From: Enoplolaimus lenunculus
Lineage: Eukaryota
NCBI GenBank assembly: GCA_030248215.1
Contig: JASANG010001737.1
Coordinates: forward strand, 248,001 to 312,000
Direction of reading: 5' to 3'
DNA: 64,000 nt
The translations under genes were made by a program, and so were the position numbers. The notes under the pieces were generated by a model. That model made no database searches. It was not told the origin of the DNA and worked only from the letters and a program-made list of their open reading frames with translations. Shown here piece by piece: positions 14,101 through 25,885 of the stretch (position 1 is its first letter; the number at the start of each line of letters is the position of its first letter).

Positions 14101-15921
14101 AGCAGAAATTTTAGGCCGACAGGCTCGAAGCCATTCAGCATGCTAGAGGGACAAAGAATCTCATTTTGGGCATGCGTGGGTTTGACACAGACAAACGGAA
14201 CTAAACCTTTTCCAGAGGAATGTTATTCTGGGGGTGCATGCTTTTGCCGTTTTTCCTTTTGGCTTTGGCTTGGCAAGCCGAAGACTGCTAGTAATTATTG
14301 AAGTTTTGGGTATTTTTAAACAAGTTTAGACTAATTGGGTGGCTTTTAACGTTATACAGTGTAGTTTATGGTGTTATACCTAGAGACTGTTATTCAGCTA
14401 TATTTGTGATAATCTTTAAGATTTGGTATGATGTCCCTGCACGGTAAGTGTTGTACCGTGTCGGATAACACCGGATGACGTCAAACATTGTCAAAAAATT
14501 ATAGCGCAACCCTCGTGGGTAAAGTAGTGCCTGGTACATCTGCTTAATACAGATGTGAAATACTTTGGTTATTCTAGTCATTATTATTTCTACGATGGTT
14601 TTTGTTCAAGGTATAGTCTTGAGGGTGCTATTTTGAAAGGGTGTTTTGAAGATATGTATAAAAGTTTAATGATATGTGTAGTAGGAAATTTTGAACGTAG
14701 AGTAATGAGAATTTCTGCCGATTTAGGATAGTTGGTCGTTTGACCCTGTTTTTACGCTCTTAGCTTTGTTATGAAAGTGTTTTGACGTCGTTTATTACCA
14801 TTTTAGGTTTCTAATTAAATGGTTTGTTTGGATATTTCTGCATTGTCAGCTTTCATTTGTTGAATAAGTTTTGGTTTTGGTTTGTTTGCATTTTTTAAAA
14901 CAATTCTTAGACAATACATAAAGTTTTGCCTACTATTGTTGGCTTGGATTAAACTTGAGACACGCGGGCCAAAGTGTCACTGGTGCTGGTACGTTATTTT
15001 TGCAGAAGGCCGACATTCCGTATATTTTAATGGGCCCGTGTGAAGATCCGGGACGGAACTCTTTTTGTGGGACTGCAGTAGATTCAGTTTAAGCTTTAGA
15101 CTATTTTTTTGCTTAGTCTAAGGCTTAGCAATATGCTTCTACTACAGTTAACCCTTTCGCTCATGAATTTTAAATGAATAGAAAATTTAATATTCGTTAG
15201 TAATATGACGTGTAACAACAGAATATGACAACAAAACAACTCAGCACGCTGTAAATCCAACATGGATTAAATTTCAAAAAGTTGCTCTAGAGCAATTTTG
15301 TGCATGGATCATAATTTGCATTCATTTACCGTATCATACTACCAAACGTAAATTGCCGCACAGTGCTGTATGGTTGCTCTGTGGCAACTTCATGTGGTAG
15401 GGATATAAAGTTGGTATGAAATGTTATAGGATAATAAAATTTAGTTGCTCAGGAGGAACTTCATGCGGGATAGAGTTAACGGCCCTGTTCTATACATTGA
15501 CCTCTTAATGCGTAGTATTATAGTATATCTTTGTTTGAGGCGGGCGATATATACACAATGCGCGGGCGTTTATTTGCTTTTACTGCATCTTTTATTTTGC
15601 CATAAAGATCCCAATATATTTAATAAAGTATTCGTGTTGCTTAATAGAGCGAAAGGCTGGTCGTACTATTTTGAGTATTTTAAATTAGCCTGTGTGGTTA
15701 GCATGACCAGTCCAGTATTGTAACCAAGTACCGCAATCTTCTTAGATGCGTAACAATAGCCGAAGCAAAGCAGATTTCTAAACTTCAGCGTTTGTATAAA
15801 GTATAAAAATAGACCAGTCCATAATCTAGTAAGCCTAAGCCAACTCTGTTGCAGTTCTGCTGGTAAACATATCTCTCAAAGTGTGCTTTATCGTTTACTC
15901 CATATCCTTTTCCATTGTAAT

Positions 15922-16881
15922 GGGTCATCCACGTTATACTGTCTACGCTACTGTAAAAAATTGTCCCCACTTACGAGCCCCTCACTTTGTAGTTGTAGTG
16001 TTACTAAATGACATGTCCAAATGTCACCCATATCCTGTATAGACCTTCCGGACAACTCGCATACCCTCTAAACAGCCTATACTTTGTCACATTGCCGTCC
16101 ATACCCATGCTACACTGTCGATGCGTCATATGAAGGACAACTGTTTTGTCCCGAGTCTGTCAGAACAGACTCTGTTTAGTCACCTAAAGAGTCTGTTTCA
16201 AGGGACTCTGTTTTACAGAGTCTGTCTGAAGGGACTATTGTAGAGCTTAATATTGAGTATGCGGCAACCACGGGCGAAAGAAGGGTGCAACTACCGTTGG
16301 GCTTGGTGTGCGACGTTAAAGGGTTCCCACTCGCCCGTCCTCCCCTGGGGGACAACAGTGTAGGGTTCCGGAGCTATATATTTACACCCCAGCCGCCGCC
16401 CCCCCCCTCACCGGTCACGACAAAGTTTGTTTTCGACAGGGACACCGGGGTTTAACTTTCTGGTATACCAGAGTTATTATATTCTAACCTGCTCTGCTTG
16501 AATGGGGCGGGACGTTCTCTTACAAGTTATCTTTTACCGGCAAAAACCTTCCTGCCCCCTCTTTTAAAAATTTCTGGTTGCAGTTAATTTTTAAGAAAGT
16601 AAATTTTTAGAACACTGCAACGTTTTTAAAACAAGCCCTAGTTACGGGCTGTGGACTGTCAACAAGCTCTTTTTCGGACGTCCCGATGTCAGACACTGTG
16701 TCCAGACAGTGTCTTATTTGTCCTTAGTCCCTTCGAAGGGACTACTGCCAAAACAATCTAGCTAGGTACACCTTGTGTAAAGTCTTAACATCGTAAGAAC
16801 AATGTCGTTTTGTCCAGCCCTTGAAACCAGGGGTGTGGACAATTTTTTACAGTAGCGTAGACAGTATTACGTGGATGACCC
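15922..16881. mobile_element. Non-autonomous DNA transposon, ~960 bp, ~48-bp TIRs
   Basis: GGGTCATCCACGTTATACTGTCTACGCTACTGTAAAAAATTGTCC at the left end and its near-perfect reverse complement at 16836-16881; superfamily not assigned. Confidence 0.75.
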
Positions 16882-17887
16882 ATAAGTAAAAGGTTTCGAT
16901 AATTATGAACTTCAAAAGTCAAAGATGGTTAAATTTCGAGTACATGCTGCATCCTTCGATGTGGCGCTCTGATGCATAAATGCTGCCTAAACCTGCCAAG
17001 TCCTTTCAACCAACACAAATACCAATTTTAACGTAGTATTGCTAGCGTCGTTATACACCTAACGGCCCACATAAGCAGAGGGCAGTCGGGAAATTTTGCA
17101 TAACTTGGAATAGAAAGTTTCATGAAAAAATAGCGAGGTGTCTCATGTACAAGTTGTCAAAAATGCATTTGGTTTTTGAAGTACTCGCAATGTTTTTTCT
17201 CTATGTATAGCGTGGTCCCCCTAGTCTTGCGATCAGGGCATTCGCTGGTAATACCCAAGAGAGTATAAACCTCGTTTTTTTTGTTTCGCTACACTTCCTA
17301 CTTTTTATAAACTGTCCAAGCGTAAACACTATAACAATTATTCTGAATGAACGTTATTTGGCAACATTCTATATTCGAAGGAGACAGAATTTCCAAAAAT
17401 AATCTTTACTTGTTGCAACCGCGGCTTCAAAGTTTTTGCTGAGCTTTATGAGTTGCTCTTTGTATTGCGCATGTATGTTGGTTAAAATATGGTATATGCT
17501 TCGTTTTCACCTTGGGTACAACAATAGCTCTTATATCAAAAACCCAACAATTTTTGTACTATCAGCACAGTTTATTTTGCTTTTGAAAGTGACATACTCA
17601 GACCTCTGTATAAAACCGCTAGATCTCTATTTTGACTTAGCCTACAAACTATCAGTCGGATAGTAGTAAAATGAATACCCCGCGGGTGTTTTTCAAAATT
17701 CAAATTTGTCTGTGATGTTTAGGTCGAGAGGCCAAATAAATATCAGTCCCCCTCTTATTCGGGTCGCTACAAAAAAACGCAAGCGGAGCTTGAAATCGAT
17801 TTTCTGCCGAAGACGGAGTTGGAGGCAGATCTCTGGTTCTACCCTGGTATCAGTTTAATATAAAATGTTATTGACATATATTTTCAT

Positions 17888-20800
17888 ATGATTAAGCACC
17901 TCTGCCAGTTAATTTATTTATCATGCTTAGCATGTTTTTCTTCATGGTCAAAAAGTAAGTACCGAGATATAAAATTTGTCAAAACAGAAATGATTACTGC
18001 AAATGATTGGTATAGAACATGGCCGGAACAGTAATAGCAAATTCCTAAGCATAAAGCCTAAGCGTATGGATGAGCCTTTTCCTAAGCCGAAAAGCCTAAG
18101 CCTAAGCCTAAGGAAAATAATTAGTCTAAACCTTAAACTGACTCTATTATAGCCCCTGTGAAAAACGATTCGGCCCTGTTCGATACATGGGTCACAAGTT
18201 GGATCCCAAACTTGCCAAGGACCCGCCAACATTTTTCAAGGTATGAGGAATTAGTGAATTAGTCTCCATGCTTGCATCATTACCCGTCATTTTTGTCATT
18301 GCTCAACAAACTGAAACTGGAATTTTTTTCTACAGCGTTTCACCAGCCATCCAGATTCGTATTAATGTCTTTTAAACACATTGCAATTTTTTTCTGTTTA
18401 GGCTCTCATCACATCGGAATTGCGAGAATTGTTCAGTCTGGCACCGGCAAACGTGTTGGTCTCGTTCGTTTTTTCGAAGATTTCAGTAACCATATACACG
18501 TTGATGGTACTCTACAAGGTTAGCGGTGTCCGTAGCGGAACCCAGTAAAGAATCTTTGTTGATCAAAGAATCCTTTTCTGTAAGCATTGAAACAATGCCA
18601 AGAGTTCATGTGGTTACTTTGAACGAAATATACCTATTAATTAGCAGGGCACAACCGAAGCTATGCCACCAGCTCGGGCAAAAACTCGGTCTCCAGGTCC
18701 GGTAAGTTTTGTTGACCTCCGGCTCCGGCTCTGGCTTCAGTATTTTTTACCTCCGGTTGCACCTAGGTAACTGGTAAAAAATAGTTGTCTACAAAAATAT
18801 TATTATATGTACCATAAGCTGTTTTAGGCGGAAAAGTTTGCTTTTAAAGGAAAGGATAGTCGCATACGGGGCCGCAATACGGAGGGTTAATTTCGCACCA
18901 CACCACATGGACATACCCTCATACTGATAGCTAAAATATTTTGGAATTTACATTAGCAAATGTTGTTTTGCTTGATGCTCGAAAATACTTTGTTGTCTCA
19001 TCAAATAGCGATAATTCCTGGCTTGAGGCAGGAGTTGGTTGCACTCAAACAAAATAAGGGTTGCGCAATACTTGACATCCGGCTCCGTCCGTCACCGTGC
19101 GTCACCCATACGGCACCCGTCCATCGCCGTAGGGCACCCGTACGCAGCCGTCCGATACCATTGTTGACTCATGATAATTATGGGCGTCTTCGCAATAGGA
19201 GACACACATACAGGGGAACTGAGGGATATTAGAAAACATATATAGGCTTGGAACTACGTTGTTTTATGGCGCACGCTAAAGTTTAGGCTTAGGCATAAAC
19301 GTTGTGGCAATGCTCGTCATCCCGGGCGTCAGTAGTGAAATAAAAACGAAAAAACGTCGAATAACATCTCGCGTTGTCAGAACATTAATTGAAAAGATAC
19401 ACTATATTTTCTATATAACATGCCCGGTGGAACAGTTGTCGTTACAGGCGTTAAATTTTCAAATGGAAGTCGAGTTCAAAATCGCAACATTGGAATGCAT
19501 GTCCACGAATTTGGTGATTTAACTGACTTCAATTGTTCAAATGCTGGCCGTCACTGGAACCCTTCAGGATCTAAGCATGGCGGTAATTTTTAATGGGGCC
19601 GGAGTCAGTACCGGGGACGGTACCAACCGAAGTTAAGTAAGAAAATGTGAAGATATGCACGCAATATATACGTATACTGTGGCTAATACAGTGGGAAAAT
19701 ATTAACAATACATACATTGCAGTATCTACAGCAAACCCTGGCGAAATGAACAATTCCGTCTACAGTAATTTCTTGTGATTTTCACATTTTTCAAACGACA
19801 GCCGAGCATGATAGGATTGTTTTTTATGCGAGTCAATTAGGGATTGTATATAAAAACTGGCGTAGGCTCCGACACCTATGCCGGGGCAAGGCACCGTAAC
19901 GTCTCCCTGTTTCTATGGCTCAGGCTCCCGGTCTGGTATTTCAATTTGACGGATATTTTTAAAAACTTCAAAAATTTGCAACCATCATTTGCATTTATGT
20001 CAACTACCATGGAACTGATTGAACTACTTTAGCATATTTTTTCTGTCATGCATGTAATGTAAATGCTTGCATATACCCGTATACGTTCACAATCTTTATT
20101 GAGTTACAATAACGATTGAAGCCCTGATAAACATGACCAGTGTTATTGGGTTTAACAATATATATCTCAGCATATTCTTATTCAGGCCCATGTTACTTTA
20201 AGGGGCGTCCAGGTTTCTGGTGGGACTAATAAACAGTAGGTTTAGATTCTAGAATACATTTTTTTGCTTAGGCTTAGGCTTAGGCTTAGGAATGCGCTTC
20301 ATCTACTGTTACACCTTTTAAAGTAACATTGGCCCTTATTCATATGACTAAGCCTAAGCTTCAGCGTAAAAATAGGTCTATAACTAAGCCTGAGACAAAG
20401 CAAAAATAATAGCCTTAATCTCAGCCATTCCTGTTTTATAATACTTACCTAAGGAAAACTGGGCACTGCTTCGTTATAGGGTCAAAAATTGATAAAAATC
20501 GAAAAAGTGGGTTAAAGTTTTTCGAAAAATATTTCGATTTTTTACAGTTATAATGGTCCCCCTTATAGTTGAAAATTGTTTTCAAAAATATGGACAACGA
20601 GACAATAAACACTGCGGCGTAATTTTTTCCACAATCAACTCGCCCTACAAAAAATACCGTCATGCAAGTTTCCGCTATGCAAATGAAAATTTCCGTTAAG
20701 AGCAAGTTAAACGCTTAATACGCGAAAAACCTGAAAAATGAGTAAAAAGTGAAAAATAAAATTTTAGAAAATGTTATCTTCTGGTCCGCTACATCATTCT

Positions 20801-23800
20801 GAGCAGAAAATACCAAATTTTTGGAAAAACAACCAATATTTCGACTTTCCTTCATTTTTGACCCTAAGGAGAGCCGAAAACTGGATGCCCTTAAAAGTAA
20901 ACATGTGCCAAACAAAACAACTGATCACAACGCTACAAAAAATAAAGGAATACGGTTGTTGTTAAAGTGTTATAAATGCATCGGAGCGGGATATTTTACT
21001 TAAACACTTTGGATAACCTTAGGCCATTTAAGGAAGAATTGTTAGCTTCGTTTAGATTTCAATTAATCCGGCTTCGTCTATTTTTTGGTGTCTGGTCGCA
21101 CTCTGATATATATACAAATTGTTGGACTAACAAAATAGTCTAAGGCTTATCATTATGGTTACGCTTAGATATGTTTAGGTTTAGCCTAAGTCTAAGCCTA
21201 AGCCTAAGCATACGCTACAACGTAGAAAAATAAACCATAAATATACGCGGAACGTTTGCCTTCAATCAAACATCAGTGTAAAGGAAAGGAAATACACGTA
21301 CCATTGAAATATTGTGCAACAATGTCAGACATTTGCTATTGATATTTCAGGGAAAAATTCAGGCGTTCGACACATAGGTGACCTGGGTAACGTTTGGGTC
21401 AACAAATACAGCGTGGCAAATGTTCACTCTACACTGCATTCAACATCACTGCCCCTTGATGGTGTCTATGGTATAACTGGGCGAATGCTAGTTTTCCATG
21501 AAAATCCGGATGATTTAGGTAATATATATCGGAAACTTTACTTAAAAATTGTAAACACACAATTTGCAACCTCGCCTCAAAATCCAGGATCGGCCGATGT
21601 CGATATTATACAAACGACCACAATCGGATTTGTATTTTGTTCAAAAAATTTATACATATGTGTGCAACCAAAATTCCGGATCCGGTATGCAATTCCGGTA
21701 TTGTTTTACTATAAGGTTCCGCTTGGTTTAAATTTTCAGTATTGAAAATTTTTTATAACTTGAAAATTTAACAAAAAATTGACATATCCTAACTTGTTTC
21801 TCTAAAATTTTCAAAGTGTATTACCAAATTTTCAATTTGTGCAATACTCCATTCATATACTAAAACTAACTAAGCAAACATTTGAAAAGAACGGAATTTA
21901 AAAGAAAAATTCTTAGAACCATATATCACCGGCGGTAGATGTTGTTTTGGTTAAGCGAGAGCCTGACATACGGTAAAAAATTGGGGCCAATGTAAAGAAC
22001 TGGGCCGGAATAGAGTTTTTAAACGAAACCACCAATTTCTGCTTTGGATTGCGGCTATACGTATTTCGCTTATGCGTGGGCCTAGTTTTAGACTTAATTT
22101 TACGCTGAAGTTTTTATACCTTATGTTCAGGATTTGGAATCCGCTGAAACACTGTTGCCTCATTAAAATAACATTGGTCATCTATTAAGTTTGTCATTGT
22201 TGTTGTAAGTTGTAACACAATAAACATTGTGAACGGACATGGGAAAATACAAACATTTAGAGCCTATTTCTAGTAAAGTCAATTTGACTCACCATGTTTT
22301 GCAGTGTAGGTTTTAGCTTGTAGGCGAAGGTTTACGCAGACATATTAGGCTTAAATATGCAAGCCTTTTTGTAATGGTGACTTAAAAGTGTAAATGTGGA
22401 GGGAACAAAAGCATTTCAAGTACTTTTTTAAAGTAGATGTGGTAAAGATTAAATTGTGTGCTAATTTATTTATTACAGGCCTTTCTCAGTCGCACATAAG
22501 CTTGCTGAACGGTAACTCCGGAGCTCCTGTATCGTGTGGTGTAATCGGAATTAGTAGTGATGATGGCAACACATGGGAACCCGGCAACGGAAAGTTTCAC
22601 AAATCACCAGTAATCTCTAAAAGTAAACCGGTTTTTGCATACTTCCCCCAAAACTTTGTTACGGGCTAGACTTATGCTGAAATAAGAAATTAGGCAAAAT
22701 GTTAGGCTTAAATAAAACTTTTTCGAAACCTAAAAGCCTATAAACTGTAGCTAATGCATGATGGTGTACATATCCGGGAAACCTGCTGAACTGCGATGTT
22801 GCAAATTGCCAATTACGCTTGAAAACTCAACCAGGGTTTGAATCATTAATTGAATCCTAAATTTACTCAACCAACTCACGCCGTAAGTATATACTACAAG
22901 CGTTCTTTTGTGAAATCTTACCAATAAATGAAAGTTTTCAGCATTACCCCGACTCTAAAATGCTACAACGAAGCCGAAGGCAAACGTTAAATTCTACCAT
23001 GAACAACACACTCTTGTTGTGTTTCAAAGGAGCACAAAACACTGAAACGAAACCTGATTCTTATGTTGATTAAAATCCGTGCAATTTATCCACATTACTG
23101 TAGTGACCCGAATAAGAGGGGGGACTGATATTTATTTGGCCTCTCCACGGGGTACCCCCTTGTTATTCGGTTACAGACTATTTTTAACCCACGCTCTGCC
23201 GCCCTTCGTTACTGATACATATCCGGTACTGCAATTATCCGTTGAATTAAACCTTTATTTGCCTTGTGTCAGCAGCTTCAGCGATAATACAAGGTTATAC
23301 TTAAGGAATGAAATTCAAAATTTAAGTACGCTTTAAAGTTTCGAACTCAAATTATTTGGTGCTGGAGTCATTTATGCGGTACAATTAGGGCTAATTGACA
23401 TTTATGGACTCTAATTAGGGTTTAGGGACTCTCTCCGCTTACGGACTCCTATTAGGGATACAGACTCTTATTGATTCTGACCCAAAATGGGGACCCCCTC
23501 TTATTCGGGTCAATACAGTACGCGTTTATTTGCACGATTTAGATTGTAATCAATTCAAAGCACTTCACATAAATACTTGCACAATTACTTATTGTAATTG
23601 TTCAATATTTCAGTATACAAAGAAGCAACTGCAGTGTTAACTTCACCACAAAACACAGTACTTTCATTCGGCACCGTTAAATTTATTCAACAACCAGGAA
23701 CAAAAGTGATGCACGTTATTGGCAATTTGCACAGTTTTGATCCTACCAATAGCACCAGCGTGCATCGAGGCATTGCAATTTATCAGCTGGGTGATCTAAC

Positions 23801-24242
23801 GCAAAATAACTGTATCGCAGGTGGTGACTATTACAATTCTGTGGGTCCCAATCAAGTTCTACACAAATACGAAACCGAAGCCAACAGATTAGCTAGTCAC
23901 GGTTATTTAGGACAAATATATATTGATTCTAACGGCAGCGCAGTGGTCGACTTCCGAGTAGAGTCTAATAATCTTCCGTTAACTGGGCCGTTTACGATTG
24001 TTGGTCGTCTGTTTGTAGTCTATGAAGAGCATCATGGTATTGGGAGCGGCGTACACCGCAGTTTTTCAAATGAATTTAACGCAAAGTCTGTTAGACATCC
24101 GATTGCATGCGGTGTTATTGGTATTAGTAGTTCCTATTCGTATGCAGAATCTTCGAAAAAAGCGCAACATAATACGTGCAGTATTGCATGTGCATCATTT
24201 TTGATGTCGTTAATCATTGTTATTTTTTTACCTTTGTTCTAA
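17888..24242 (+). CDS. Secreted, probably GPI-anchored tandem two-domain Cu/Zn superoxide-dismutase-like protein, ~419 aa
   Basis: Exons 17888-17954 (signal-peptide-like MIKHLCQLIYLSCLACFSSWSK, least certain), 18402-18518, 19448-19582, 21351-21518, 22479-22622, 23614-24242; all introns phase 1. Domain 1: GMHVHEFGDLTDFNCSNAGRHWNP..KHGG..RHIGDLGN..LVFHENPDDLG..GNSGAPVSCGVIG. Domain 2 has the same fold motifs, ends PIACGVIG and is followed by a hydrophobic C-terminus. Confidence 0.88.
20185..20334. mobile_element. Merlin-like MITE carrying (TTAGGC)n
   Basis: Same TIR family; perfect 8-bp TSD CTTATTCA. Confidence 0.8.
23098..23518. mobile_element. Tc1/mariner-like MITE (inverted homolog at 6834-~7260; TIR remnant ~17750)
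   Basis: TIR CTGTAGTGACCCGAATAAGAGGGGG flanked by TA; internal homology to 6834-7260. Confidence 0.75.
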
Positions 24243-24660
24243 TTCACCGTGCTTTCGGTATTTTTTTATATTTAAAAGTTTACTTTAGCTGTGAACATAT
24301 TAAACGTATATATTCAATTTTTAATATGTTAGATCAGAATTATAGTCTGAGGTTTAAATTACAGACGTTTGAATAGATTTTGAAACGTGGTATTTGCCTC
24401 TAGTATTAAATCTGTTTTAATACCATTATAGGAAGTTTTAATGTGAATGTATTATTTACTGTTCTTGCGTGTCTGGTAAAACAGCGCACGTAATTGTGCT
24501 GCCTTTCTTGAACTTCAAAAAACTGTAGCAAAAGAGGGGTGCTTTAATGAACACAGTTGATTCATCTTTAGGATGAATGGGCGAAAAATTACCACAGACT
24601 TCAATCATTGTTAATAAATCATTTTGGAAAATTCAATGTGTTTTGAAAACCGAGGTCTTA

Positions 24661-25885
24661 AAGTCAAAACTACAAAACCTAAGTAAAATATTGAATTATA
24701 GGTTGAAATTCGACATAGTCATGTTTCTGCAACAAAGCTAATACTGGGTTGCAGAGACATGACTTTTAAGTTGACCACAAGTCAATATTATAAAGTAGAT
24801 TAACAAAACGGATCGAAGTTTTGAAAAACTAGGCGGCCAGAGGCATAGCCGCGATTTCAGTTGTAGTTGCGAACTGTTCTCTTGTAAGGTGCCACTCATT
24901 AAAGTCAAAACTACAAAACTAAATTAAAATATTGAATTATAGGTTGAAATTCGACATAGTCATGTTTCTGCAACAAAGCTAATACTGGGTTGCAGAGACA
25001 TGGCTTTTAAAGTTGACCACAAGTCAATATTATAAAGTAGGTAGATTAACAAAACGGATCGAAGTTTTGAAAAACTAGGCAGCCAGAGGCATCGATTTCA
25101 GTTGTAGTTGCGAACTGTTCTCTTGTAAGGTGCCACTCATTAAAGTCAAAACTACAAAACTAAATTAAAATATTGAATTATAGGTTGAAATTCGACATAG
25201 TCATGTTTCTGCAACAAAGCTAATACTGGGTTGCAGAGACATGACTTTTAAGTCGACCACAAGTCAATATTATAAAGAAGATTAACAAAACGGATCGAAG
25301 TTTTGAAAAACTAGGCAGCAAGTGGCGTAGCCGCGATTTCAGTTGTAGTTGCGAACTGTTCTCTTGTAAAAGTGCCACTCATAGCTCAAAATTGTTACAT
25401 ACCTACTTCAGCGACTATCGATTTATTTGGGAAGAAAAATGCATGTTCAACTTCGACATAAGTCAAAACTTGAAAACTTATGTAAAATCTTGACCCTAAC
25501 AGTTAGAATTCGGTTAAGTCATGATTCTGCAATCCAGCCAATATGTATAGAAAAATCACTGGCCATAGTGAAAGAATACAACTTAACATTTTTAGAGGCG
25601 TAAAACCAGGATTTCATTTGTAGTTGTGAACCGTTCCGTTCAAAAGGTACCACTCATAGCTCAAAATTTAGCACATACTTCAGCGACTATTGATTATTTG
25701 GGAAGAAAAATGCGTGTTGAACCTTCGGCTTAAGTCAAAACTTGAAAAAATAAAAAGTAAAATCTTGACACCAAGTTGGAATTCGGCTACGTCATGCTTC
25801 TGCAGCCCAGCCTATATGTATAAAAAACACTGCCCTCACTGAACCTATACGACTTGACATTTTCGGGGGCGTAGCCAGGGTTTCA
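24661..25885. repeat. Tandem satellite: three ~240-bp units, then two diverged ~280-bp related units
   Basis: AAGTCAAAACTACAAAAC..GTGCCACTCAT units start at ~24661, ~24902 and ~25143; diverged units at ~25370-25885. Confidence 0.9.

Noticed and set aside
24661..25380. CRISPR-like array
   Set aside because: Whole units repeat with no unique spacers, the context is eukaryotic and there are no cas genes; it is a satellite.
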